64,000 bases of DNA from the NCBI GenBank assembly GCA_024137785.1, contig JAHRHZ010000021.1, positions 22,702,212 through 22,766,211 on the forward strand. Reading direction: 5' to 3'. The translations under genes were made by a program, and so were the position numbers. Source of the DNA: Ginglymostoma cirratum. Lineage: Eukaryota. The notes below the pieces were generated by a model. It worked only from the letters and a program-made list of their open reading frames with translations. It searched no databases and was not told the origin of the DNA. This document shows, in pieces, positions 12,640 to 23,850 of this stretch (positions are counted from its first letter, which is position 1; each line of letters starts with the position of its first letter).

Positions 12640-12924
12640 TTTTCTACTTGCAATGGCAAAATTAGGAGACTGTGACAGACCTAACAATGTAGATCAGCTA
12701 CAGGTAGCTCTACTCATCACTTAGGGAGAGACTCTTTTAAACCCTAAATCACTCTGAAGAGCAGAAAAGAAAAACAGGTTGCAGAAATTTTGAATGCATT
12801 GAAGACACACTTTGAACCCTAAGTGAATGTAATATATGTATGAAACATGCTTAATTTTAGGGTTCTAGGTGAAAATCGTTGATCAATACCTAATTGCATT
12901 AACACAGCTTCAAAAACCCTTGTT
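12640..12924 (+). mobile_element. Gypsy gag remnant
   Basis: Fragmentary translation AEILNALKTHFEP*VNVIYV*NMLN...DQYLIALTQL is typical of Gypsy gag. Confidence 0.6.
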
Positions 12925-13490
12925 TCACCTGGAAAGCGTGTTTAACTTGTGTACAGTAATGATGGAGGAGGTCAATAGGTAATTGTGACACTTGCTGCAA
13001 TTGTATGGGAAGGTGCCTTGTGGGAGTGAGCATTTGTTAGGAGTGGACCAGGGTGCCACGGTGAAATACTGACAGTGGAAGTGAGGGGAAAATGTATTTG
13101 GTGGTGGCATCCTTCTGGAGATGTTGGAAATGGTGGAAGATGATCTTTTGATTGCAGTGATAAGTGGGGTGGAAAGTGAGGACAAGAGAACTTTATCATT
13201 CTGGGAAAGAGGGGAAGGAATGAAAATAGACGTTCAGAAGATGGGTTGCAGGAAGGCCCTATCAATCACCGTGGGTTGAACTGTTCAGATGAGGAGAAAA
13301 GAGGTTATGTCAGAGACAGCATGGTGCAAGGTGGCATTATCAGAAAACATGCACTGGAGACAGAGAAACTGGGAGAATGAAGTGGAATTCCTACACAAAG
13401 TAAAGTGTGAGAAAGTGCAGTTGAAGTAGTTGTGAGAGTCAGTGACCTTGTAATGGATATTGGTGGACAGCCTGTTCCCAGAAATGGAAA
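12925..13490 (-). mobile_element. Penelope-like element ORF remnant (RT thumb and linker)
   Basis: Minus-strand translation ISGNRLSTNIHYKVTDSHNYFNCTFSHFTLCRNSTSFSQFLCLQCMFSD matches the PLE YxKPTD...SxHP...SIPxSQFLRLRRICS region. Confidence 0.8.
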
Positions 13491-13794
13491 CACAAAACTC
13501 ATCTTGTAGAGTAGTTTATTTGATTTGTGCAAAGCACTTGATGGTTAGATTCAATATCTTTGCTAGGCTGATGACTTCTAGACCATGAAAGCTGCTGTTT
13601 CTTATTGCATCTGGAAGATTTCATCCTCTGTCACAGCATCCTCTTATTCCTTCATAAAGAGTGCCGCATTCACAAGTAAACAATGTACAGCTGTTTACCT
13701 TGCTTCTATGTCACGCCATGATGGTACACTGTAAAGAGAATAACATTCTCTGCAGATGTTCTGGAATAGGTAGCTGCATCTAGAGGAATATTCT

Positions 13795-14290
13795 TTGAGA
13801 TCAAAGGCCAGGAATCCCACATCAAGTATTCCACCTCCTGACTTCCTCAAAACCCAATCCACCATGTACAAGGCACAAGTCAGGAGTGTGATGGAGTACG
13901 CCCCACTTGGCTGGATTAGTGCAGCTCCAACAACACTCAAGAAGCTTGACACCACCCAGAACAAAGCAACCCACGTGTTTTGCACCACCTCCACAAACAT
14001 TCACTCCCTCCCACACTGATGCAGTAGTGTGCGCTGTTTAAAAAGTGCACTCAGAAATTCATCAAGGTTCGTTAGACAGCACCTTCTACACTGACAGCTG
14101 CTAACATCTGGAAGGACAATGGCAGCAGATACATGGGAACACCACCACTTTCAAGTTTCCCTCCAAGACACTCACCATCCTGATTTGGAGGAAATACTGT
14201 TCCTTCAGGGTCATTAGGTCAAAATCCTGGAAATCCATCTGTAATAGCATTGTGGGTCTACCTACAACATATGGACTTCAGTAGTTCAAG
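13795..14290 (+). mobile_element. LINE 3' fragment, second CR1/L2-group family
   Basis: TMYKAQVRSVMEYAPLGWISAAPTTLKKLDTTQNKA; homologous to the reverse complement of 59515-60340. Confidence 0.8.
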
Positions 14291-14492
14291 GTTCAAGGAA
14301 GAAGCTTAGACTGAATTTTCAGTAAATTCAGTGAATTTTCAGCTGAAGTAATGGAAACAGGAATCCTGAAATAATTGATGAAACAGGTGCATGCCATTAC
14401 AGTGAAGTCACAGCTCTTCTCGCGATCTTCTAAATGAACTAAGATGATTTTCTTCATCTCAAGATCAGAAGGATATCTGTATGGCAGGTGGT

Positions 14493-14566
14493 GGTTGGTT
14501 AGCTCAGCTGCTTAGAGTGTGGTGCTAATAATGCCATGGTTGTGGGTTCACTCCCCATACTGAACT
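14493..14566 (+). pseudogene. tRNA-Ile(AAU) pseudogene or tRNA-Ile-derived repeat head
   Basis: Collinear with vertebrate tRNA-Ile-AAT (GGCCGGTTAGCTCAGTTGGTTAGAGCGTGGTGCTAATAACGCCAAGGTCGCGGGTTCGATCCCCGTAC); anticodon AAT at 14527-14529; many differences are CpG to TG/CA; acceptor stem broken. Confidence 0.8.
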
Positions 14567-14660
14567 GGTCTGTACGTTTCCAGCTCTGAGTGTTATGCCA
14601 AATGGATTTGAATTGTAGTGATTGCAGATTGAATGGGTGTGATTGTAACATTGAATATTT

Positions 14661-14947
14661 GGGGCAGCACAGTAGCTCAGTGGTTAGCATTGCTGCCTCA
14701 CAGTGCCAGGGACCTGGGTTCAGTTCCACCCTCAGGTGGCTGTCTGTGTGGAGTTTGCACATTCTCTGCATGGGTGTCCTCTGGGTGCTCTGGTTTCCTC
14801 CCACAATCCAAAGATGTGCAGGCTCAGTGGATTGGCCATGCTAAATTGCCCATAGTGTTCAGGGATGGGTCTGGGTGGGATACTCTGAGTGTCAGTGTGG
14901 ACTTGTTGGGCAAAAGGGCCTGTTTCCACAATGTCAGGATTCTATGA
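14661..14947 (+). mobile_element. HE1/V-SINE-type shark SINE
   Basis: tRNA-like head (A box tagctcagtgg, B box-like ggttcagttcc), central ctgtgtggagtttgcacattctc...ggtttcctcccacaatccaaagatgtgc, CR1-derived ttctatga tail. Confidence 0.9.
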
Positions 14948-16649
14948 TAGCTGGCACATTTATTTGGTATGCTAGATCTTACTCATTGTTTTTAGCTTGT
15001 TCTTAATATCATGAATAGTTTTTAAAAATATATATTTCTTTTGTTTGAGTATGCAACTTTGTTATCAATTTGTACTTTCCATTGTGCTTAAGATTGTATC
15101 AAATGCATGGGAAGCATGCCTTACAGTACAAGCCACTCATTTAGACATTGATGAAGGTGTCATCATTTTTATTTCCATTACATTTGTTCAACGGATATTC
15201 ACATAGAAATGAGTGCTTCTGCAATTATACTGAATTTTCCAGTTTTTAACTGACAAATAATTCACAAATAACTATGGGAAGTAGCCTGACTGGCTTGTTA
15301 TGCTTTCAAGAAAAGTCAGAGATTTTCAGTGAATCTTTTAAGCCATTGTTTGCAGGATATGTGTTTTAGTCTTAGGTTTGGGTAAAGACATAAGACTGAA
15401 GACAAACCTTGAACCAGAGATTAAGTGAAGAAAAAAAAGAGTCATATAGAGCTAGAGAGACATGAGGAATAGTGAAAAATCGTGAAAATCTAAACCTTAA
15501 GTAAATATGTGATGAGTGGTTCTGAAGAGAAACTTTGCACCTTTAATAATGTTAACAACAATCTCCCCAACCACAGAAAACAACCACTGGTGAAAGAACT
15601 ATTATTTTTTCTTAGGGAATTTATCTCCCTTCTAACTGGTAAATACATATGAAACAAATCCTAGATAAACAACCTGTGTTGGACTGGTTTGTTTCCTTTT
15701 ACCAGGATTTGCATAATCTGGTAATATAAGTAACGGTAGGAACATTCCTACTTGTACGGTAATTACCTATTTGTTTATACGCTGGGAAAATTAAAAGGGA
15801 GGAGAAATGACTGATCTATATACTTTTTGATGCCTTTGTTTGCTATTACTTTTTGAAGTCAATCAAAACATTTTAATTTTAAAAACCAAAACAAAAGAAA
15901 CACGAAGAGACTGGGAACAACAAACCACTAATAATATATTAAAATATACATTTAGTTAGTTATTTCCGAGTCATTTGCAGTGAAACAAATTCCAACGACC
16001 TTGCGGCGAAGCTATTGCACTGTGGATCATAATATCATATTGAATTATTGAAACCTTGTAAAGCGTTTAACCACTTTTAAACGTATCTTTGGCTATGCGC
16101 ACCTTCAAATAAAAACAAGTCCAAATGATTATGGATATAAGTACATTATTATCAATACTTTTATTTGTGCATTAGTATCGAGTGTGCCCGTAAAACGTTA
16201 AGAATGATAAAATGTTATCTCCCCAACACCATCCCATTGCACCTCCCACACCCCAAATACTATTTCTTGTTGATCTAGGGAAGGATTCTGTGCTGCAGGT
16301 TGCAAATGGGAAAACTTTGTTTTATAGTTAGGAATTCCTCCTCTTCGTTATGCTTTCTGGGGAATGTCGCGCCTTGGGCCAGGCCAACATTTATTATCCA
16401 TTCCTAATACTGACGGGACTATGAAAATGAAATTCAGGAGTTCAACGAGTATTACTTTGAGATATAGTCATTTTTCTGAAAGGATCAAGGTGCATTGAAG
16501 GATTTTTTTTCTGTCAAATGGCGAGGTGGCTTGGTTAGAGACCTGTACCGCATAAGCAGAACCTCGCTCTCCGTGCTGTGGGTCCAACAGTGCATCAATG
16601 ATAAGAGTCTGTAGGACTGTAAGACCTGGGGACAGCCTTCTGGTTCTGG

Positions 16650-16982
16650 GAGATATAGAACTGAGGACGTGGCGCATGCGCAGCGTGTGGGTCCACCCTT
16701 TCTGTCAAAGTGGCTGAGATTGTGTGGACGGACGCGGGGACCGCACTGGGACCGGCATTTACTCAGAAAGCAAAGTGTGCAAGCAGCAAGAGCTTTGCTG
16801 TTGATAGAAGCGTTGCTGGGAGTTTCCGGACCCAATGTAAAATCGCGCTGCAAACTCGCTGCTCGGGCCGGGGAGACTCGCGCTCTTACATTCACTTTTC
16901 ACTTTAGTTCGAACTGCGAGCATTTTTTGTACAAAATTTCACGTTTTCTTTTGCAACATTAGCGTTTGGATTAAAAGAGTTG
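16650..16982 (+). promoter_or_regulatory. TSPAN12: CpG-rich promoter and probable non-coding exon 1 of TSPAN12
   Basis: Most CpG-dense block in a CpG-depleted window, about 2.4 kb upstream of the ATG; GCGCATGCGCA at 16672-16682; ends at consensus donor TTG|GTGAGT (GT at 16983). TSS cannot be determined. Confidence 0.7.
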
Positions 16983-17196
16983 GTGAGTGTGGCGCTCTGA
17001 GTTTGTGTCTTCGGCAATGTGTACCAATGACAATGTGAATGTGTACCTTTGGTAGGAGTACGTTTCTACCTATGCTAATGTGAGTTTGTAACTTTCACAC
17101 TGTTGGTTTGTAGCTCTAGCATTTTAAATTTATCTTTGGCACTGTGGGTTTGTACCAGTAACAATGAGAGTTTGTGTCTGTGGCTCTGCGAGTTGA
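16983..17196 (+). repeat. Degenerate minisatellite of about 21 nt (gtgagtttgtacctgtggcact-like), left part
   Basis: Recurring gagtttgt, gtacc and tggcactgtg sub-motifs at about 21-nt spacing. Confidence 0.6.
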
Positions 17197-18342
17197 TCCT
17201 GCCTTTGACACAGTTGATCCCACTATCGTCCTCCTCGGTGTTGTACCACAGCTGGGTGTGACTGCTGCATTGACCTTATTCCATTCTTACTTATCTAATT
17301 GAAGGCAGAAAATCGCCAGCGGTCGCTTCTCTTTCCTTTCTTTCAATTGCCTCGGGTGTCCCCCAAGAATCTATGCTTGGACCCTCTTCTTCTCATCTGG
17401 CAGCATCATCTGAAAACACATTCAGTTCCACGTGTTGCCGACTACATTCGGTTTCACCAGCTGCCCTGATCTACCACTGTCTCCAACTTATCAAGCTGCT
17501 TATCTGGCATCCAGTACTGGATGAGCACTTCCTCCAATTAAGTATTGGTAGCCTGAAGCAAGTGATATTTGGTCCCAGTACAAACTCTACTTTGGTCTCT
17601 TCAGTCTCCCTCCCGGGCAGCTATGAGGCTGAACCAGACTGGTCATAACCTCTGTGTGGTATTTGACCCCGAGGTAAGCTTTCAATCTTCTCATCCACAC
17701 CACCTTCCCACCTCAATGACATTCCATCACCCCCTCTCTCCTCAACTGTTGCTGAAGTCTGCATTTATGTCTTCGTTATCTCCAGACTTGAAAATTATAC
17801 AAAAGAAAACAAAATCAGGGCTGGGCTCTCACATTCTTTGTCAGAATTTTGTGATTATCCGAGACTCTGTTGCCCATATTCTCGCTTGCGACAAATGCTG
17901 TTTATTAATAACCCTATGTGCTCACTGGTCTTTGGTTAAGTTACTACTCAATTTTAATGTTCTCACCCTTGTTTTCAAATCCCACCATGACCGACGCTTT
18001 CTTACTTGCGCAGCGTCCTCGAGCCCTACAATCCTCCCAGATATCTGTGTCCCACTAATTGTGATCTTTTGAGCATCCTAAATTTTAATTCTTCCACGTT
18101 GGTTTTCCTGACTTTAGCTGCCGAGGCTCTAAGCTCTGAAATTCCCTCTCTAATCTTCTAAGACTTTCTATCTCACTTCTCTTTTTGGAGATACCCCTTA
18201 ACATTTCCCTCATTTGACCAAACTTGTGGCCATCTACCATATTTTCTTCTTTTGTGTCTGATGTCTTTTTTTTTGTTTCTGTTCCCCAGAAATGTTTTGG
18301 GCCATTTCATTCTGTTAAAGGATTTAATACTGATTACTGTTG
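17197..18342 (+). mobile_element. L2-type LINE fragment
   Basis: RT motifs AFDTVDP (17201) and GVPQESMLGP (about 17355); pyrimidine-rich body and L2-like 3' end (tgttaaagg...tgttg). Confidence 0.75.
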
Positions 18343-18347
18343 CAGAA

Positions 18348-18590
18348 TTCTGAGATTGTATCTTTGGCACCGTGAGCGCGCCTGTGACACGGAACATACC
18401 TGTGGCACTGAGAGACTTAATGTCCCAGGTACAGAGTTTGAGATGAGTTTTATTGAGCTACACAGAGTTTGCCAAAGAGTTTGTTTGTACCTATGGCACT
18501 GAGTGCGCTTGTGACACTGTGGAAATAGCCGTGGGACTGCAAATGTTTGTAATCGTGGCGCCGAGTTTGAGTCTGTACCTGTGGTATTGC
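18348..18590 (+). repeat. Degenerate minisatellite, right part (same unit as 16983-17196)
   Basis: gtatctttggcaccgtgag, atacctgtggcactgag, tttgtacctatggcactgag, ctgtacctgtgg. Confidence 0.55.
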
Positions 18591-19341
18591 TTAAAAATAC
18601 AAAGGTGCAGATATTGTGGTATTTTCTGGTTTCTGAATCCTGACGGAGAGTTGGGTCGCAAGGCATAGACTTGGTCAATAAGTAACGCGCCGTACGGGTG
18701 AACGTTTGCTAAGATTATCCATTACCAAATATCCCAGGTTACGGGTTAATCACCCTGTCGAGATTTATTAAGCAATTCAATGTATCGATCAACCGCAACG
18801 TGATTTTTATTTACTCTCTCTGGAAAGTAAGCAGAGAATTTTAGACATTTGGAGAGCGCAGTGAATGATACAACGGATTAGAATGCGCTGCAGAGTTAAA
18901 ACAGTGGAGGTCAAGACTGGAATAAATTGGTCAGTTCTCAAAAGTTGACAGTTTATTAGTGTGCGTATAAACTTAAACTGTAAATCAAGATGAACGTATA
19001 TTTTAATTCTAATCCAAATTTTGAAGCGCCGCGAAGTTTATTTTAATTCAGTGAGCTTAAAGGACGAATAACCTTTGTATTTACAACTCACGGTACATAA
19101 ATACCAATTCCACTTATTTACAGTGTTGCCGCTTTTATATTTGCAAATTCGAGAATTTATATATTACTGGGTCGTTGAACAATGATATGCTTTAGAATTT
19201 AATTTTTAGACCAAAATAGTGAGCGGTTGTTCTGTGTGATCGCCCATTTCATTTTGTGACATTTTACTTCCGACTCTTTTCAAGGGGAATGGTCTATTTG
19301 TGAAACATAATGATGGGGTCAACCCTCGAACTTCTTACAGA

Positions 19342-19407
19342 ATGGCCAGAGAAGATTCTGTGAAATGTCTTCGCTGCTCCCTTTATGCTTTAAATTTTCT
19401 TTTCTGG
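19342..19407 (+). CDS. TSPAN12: Tetraspanin-12, coding exon 1 (66 nt)
   Basis: [22 protein letters not shown], nearly identical to the vertebrate TSPAN12 N-terminus; donor GTGAGT at 19408. Confidence 0.98.
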
Positions 19408-20314
19408 GTGAGTATGGAGCAAAGCCAGACTCCTTTACCATTGCTCAGAACTACCGGCCAGCGGTTACCAGTTAGCGCTCTAAACTGTCATTTATGAGAA
19501 ATCGACTAAGTGTTAGTAAGATTGCAACACTGCTGCTACAATCCTTTTTCACCAGTATTGAACTAATTGATTTTTGCTTGAACTTTGGATGTTCCTGAGG
19601 GAAATATTTGTTTCTGTTAGTTTTAGTGACCTGTTGATAGCTATCTCATAAATGTGTGTGGGCAGAATACTTGTTATTTACATTATGGTTAATTTTTGTG
19701 GTGCCCTGATACCATTAATCAATAATTCTTAATAGCATTGTGTGTAATTTGGAGTGAATAAAATGCTATTTACCTTTGTACATTAGTTTGCATATTTGTG
19801 CAACTTTACATGATGCACCAAGAGGTCCTATTATAATAATGAGCCTTCAATTAACTGAATTTGATTGGAGAAGCTATATTTCCAAAGGATATTAAACAGT
19901 TTTATCAAGACAATATTTTCTAATTTGATATAGATCCTCAAGATTCTGGTTCAAAAAAAAAAGAATTTTGGGATTAGTTTTCACAATGTATTTGAACTGC
20001 TCCCTAATCTGCATCACAGTGTAAAAATTTACAGATATGATTTTACACTTTTTACAGATCATGAATATATTTGTTAGTCATCTACAGTTTTCACAGATTG
20101 AAATTTTTTAGTGCTTCCTAATGTATTCTAAAATTCAGTTATTTTATTAATGGGCGTGTTCTACATCTTTAATCAACAATGTTTGCAAAGATATTTATAA
20201 CAAAACTGAATACAATTTAACACTCAGCAAAGCTGCATCGTTATGGATAAAAAGAAGTTGAAATTTATCTTAAACATCTCTTTTTTTTCCCCTTTCGCAC
20301 AATCAGATATAAGC

Positions 20315-20590
20315 AAGTTCAAGGCCTGCAACTGGAGCATAAAAGTCAAAACTGACACTGCAGTGCTGCACTGTCAGAGGTGCTAATTGTCGTATGTGGC
20401 ATTAATCTGACACCTATCTCCTCCCTCCCCTCCCCAAAGTGGACATTAAAAAACCCTATGATATTATTTTGAGCACTATGAGCAGTTTTCTGTCATGTCC
20501 TGGCCAATATTAGTCCTCAAACAACATCACAAAACAAATTGTCTGGTTATTATTATTTTGCTGTTTGAGAGAATGTGCCATGCACAAATT
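20315..20590 (+). mobile_element. Deu-domain SINE (SacSINE1/AmnSINE1-related), degraded
   Basis: gtgctgcactgtcagaggtgc...gtggacattaaaaa.ccc...gtcctggccaatatt.tcctca.acaacatcac matches the Deu domain as recalled. Confidence 0.65.
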
Positions 20591-20933
20591 CTAATATTGA
20601 AAAATCATGCAAGTCTTTATTTTCATAATAACTTTGCCCATAACCAAATCTAAGCCTTGTGAAATAATATAACACAATTTTCAACAGCCTAATTTTTATA
20701 AGATGAAATTGAACTATTTCTTGATGTTACAATGAAATACAGTCCCCATATTTTAAAGAAAAGGTCTGACTATAGTAAAGTATCTATGTCTGCATATTTG
20801 TAGCATAGAAATATCCTGTGGTTAAAAGCCGATGAGCGGTAAAATGGAAAACCTGTTCAGCAAAAGGAAATTGCTGTGCCGTCTTAAATATTTGCCTACA
20901 GAATAGTAAATAAAAGACATGCATATTTTACAG

Positions 20934-21016
20934 CTGATGTCAGTGTGTGTTCTGGGTGTGTCTGCGTGGATGAGAGATTACCTGAATAATGTACTTGTGT
21001 TAACAACAGAGACCAG
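20934..21016 (+). CDS. TSPAN12: Tetraspanin-12, coding exon 2 (83 nt)
   Basis: ttttacag|CTG...AG|gtatgt; [27 protein letters not shown](R); not in the ORF track. Confidence 0.98.
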
Positions 21017-21149
21017 GTATGTATAAGCTAAATAAATTAATAAATTTTGTTAATGGAGTTACTTATTTGGTTTGTCAAACATGAATTGTAACTACATATT
21101 TACAGTGTGGCAGTTGCCATCCAGAAACAACATCTGAAAAGATCAGATT

Positions 21150-21358
21150 CTGTGGGTTTCCTCAGGGTGCTCCGGTTTCCTCCCGCAGTCCAAAGATGTG
21201 CAGGCTAGGTGGATTGGCCATGCTAAATTACCCATAGTGTTCATGAATGTGTAGATTAGGTGGATTCTAGGGGGATGGGTCTGGGTGCAATGCTTTGAGG
21301 GTCAGTGCAGATTTGTTGGCCCAAATGGCCTGTTTCCACACTGTAGGCATTCTATGAT
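21150..21358 (+). mobile_element. HE1/V-SINE-type SINE, 5'-truncated
   Basis: gtgggtttcctcagggtgctccggtttcctcccgcagtccaaagatgtgcagg...ttctatga. Confidence 0.85.
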
Positions 21359-21874
21359 CTGTGATTTGCATTCCATCTAATGCACATCAATGATTTTATT
21401 TCATTATCACCTGATATTTAAAATCAAAATTCCCAAACTGGAATTTTATGATAATTTGAGTAGAGTTCCTTGTCTTCATTTACTTCCCTTGCCTTTTTTA
21501 CCACAAGTTGACCAACTTTACAAGCAATTAAACCTCTTTAAACATCAAATTGCTTTTAATTATTAAGGTGAATATCAGGTATCTGTTTCAAGCAACTTTT
21601 TTTATTAACAGTTTTGATCCTTTTGGGGTGCAGTTCAAAAATATAAAATATTCATAATTAAATTTTATGGCTTGATTCATGGCAACTGATGATATCCAAT
21701 ACTTGACTCTGATCATTTTAAACTCTTTCAACTTGGCTTCAAACATGACAATATTGAGTGCTAAAAGGGAATAAATGTCAAAGTTGATACAGGCTTGTGG
21801 CTTATTTTGCATTAAAAAGAAGCTTACGCATCTCAGGAAATGATTTTCATATTTTTGGCGAGCTAATTTTTTTA

Positions 21875-22970
21875 TTCATTCATAGGATGTGGGTAATGCT
21901 GGCTGTGCATCCTTTCATGCTCATCCCCAGTTACTGTTGTGAAGATGTTGACAACAGTCCCTTTGCTGTAGGTAGACCCACAATGCTGTTAGGAAAGTCC
22001 CGGATTTTGACCCAACAACACCGGAGGAACGGCAACATATTTTCAAGTCTGGATGATGAGTGACTTAGAGGAGAACTCACAGGTGGTAGTGTTCCAAAGT
22101 ATCTTCTGCCTTTGTCCTCCTAAATGGTGGTAGTTGAGGGTTTGGAAAATGCTGTCAAAGAAGCCTTGGTGAATTTCTGCAAAACAGAATTCCATGATGA
22201 CGATGTTATTAAATTTAAAAAGGCAATGGTTAGATTTTCTTTTGTTGGAGGTCAGTATTTCCTGGCATTTGTGTTGTGTGAATGTTACTTGCCACTTATC
22301 GGCCCAAACCTGGATATCATCCAGTATTACTGCATTTGGGTACAGACTGATTCAGTTTCAGAGGGATCATGAATGGTGTTGAATATTATACAGTCATCAG
22401 TGAACATCCCTTCTTCTGATGTTAAGATGGAAGGAAGGTCATTGATGAAGCATCTCTGAAGATGGTTGAGGTGTAAGAGGATCTTGTATAGTGATTTCCT
22501 GGAACTGAGATGATAGACACCTCTCTGCCCCCACAACGCTAACATTTTCCTTTGTGGCAGAGGTGATTTGAATCAGTGGAGAGTTTTCCTCCAGATTCTC
22601 ATTAACTCTAGTTTTGTGAGGATTCCTTGATGCCAATCTCAATCAAATGTGGTCTGATGTCAAGGGAAGTTGCTCTTACCTAACCTCTAGAATTCAGTTC
22701 TTCCTGTGTTTGAACTAAGACTGAAACCAGATCAGGAGCTGATTGGCTCTCGTGGAACCCAAACTGAGCGTCATTCTGCAGGTTATTGCTAAGCAAGTGT
22801 TGATTGATATCACTGCTGATGACACCTTCATCACTTCACTGATGATTGAGAATAGCCTGATGGGGCAGTAAGTGGCCGAATAGGATTTGACCTGCTTTTT
22901 ATGTACATTATGTGCTTGGGCAATTTGCCACATTGTCTGGTGGATGCCAGTACTGTAGCTGTTGTACTGT
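21875..22970 (-). mobile_element. LINE fragments, second CR1/L2-group family
   Basis: Minus-strand RT remnant (HKKQVKSYSATYCPIRLFSIISEVMK); 3' end homologous to 59515-59830. Confidence 0.75.
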
Positions 22971-23744
22971 GTGTTTCTGAATAGCAAATTATTTTTTAAT
23001 GTTAATATACAAGAAGTTCTGATTTGTGCCATGAGCTCAGCATCAAATAGTCATAAATTATCTCCAATTACATTCATGGTAAAAGTATGATACTATTCAC
23101 AGCTTGCATCCAATAGGTCAGATGTGCTTAGATAAATTTACACACTTTTTTTTTGCAAATGGCTATGAAATTCATCTTATAAATTTATAACTACTAACTT
23201 GATTCATGGGCTTTTAGAGGCACAGCCTTGGTTGGTACCAGAGCAGCTTTAGTGATGGCTGTGGGCTGTTCTATACTGGCAGCAACAAGCATCGCAGTTG
23301 AAGCAGATGCGTGTTTCAGACCTGAAGTAGAAAACAAGATTTGTTGCTTCTTTTTTGAAATGGATTTTCTATTGTTCCTCAGATCACCCCATACCATATA
23401 CCAGCCTTGTGCAGGGTTAATTGTTCAGTTCTCTGGTTACTGTTATGATTACTTTTGAGCTCACATCTATGGAGAAGACTGGAGTGGCAAAGCTCCAGAT
23501 GTTGCTTCTAGCTGAGGTGTAGTTACTTTAGTTTAGTCTCAATGGTCTGAGAGACTATAGATCAGATTAGGGGAAATGTATAGAACATTTTTGAAGTTTA
23601 CCACTGAATTATGGCAGGATTAGTCTGTTTTCAATGAGATTAAGTTTTAAAGACATTGGAAAAACATTCTATAAAAATTGTATGCACTACGTTGTATTTA
23701 TTAACTGAACATTCACTAGGAACAGACAAGCCTAAAACTGTGGT

Positions 23745-23850
23745 AGTAGCGTCTTGTGGTACGGTGGCAGTATCTCTACCTCTGGGCTAGAAGGGCTTTG
23801 AATCCCACCAGCCCTGGAAGTGAATCATAACATATCTGATCAAGTTGATT
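23745..23850 (+). mobile_element. Short tRNA-derived SINE
   Basis: Homologous to 29866-29965 (gtggtacggtggcagtatctctacctctg...aatcccacc.gc.c.gga.gtg..tcataaca..tctga.ca.gttgatt). Confidence 0.55.

Noticed and set aside
14661-14735. tRNA-like A/B boxes as real tRNA genes (also near 46589 and 29866)
   Set aside because: They continue directly into SINE bodies, so they are SINE heads.
19300-19341. In-frame GTG-initiated N-terminal extension of TSPAN12 from the ORF track
   Set aside because: Based on prokaryotic start-codon rules; homology starts at the ATG at 19342.
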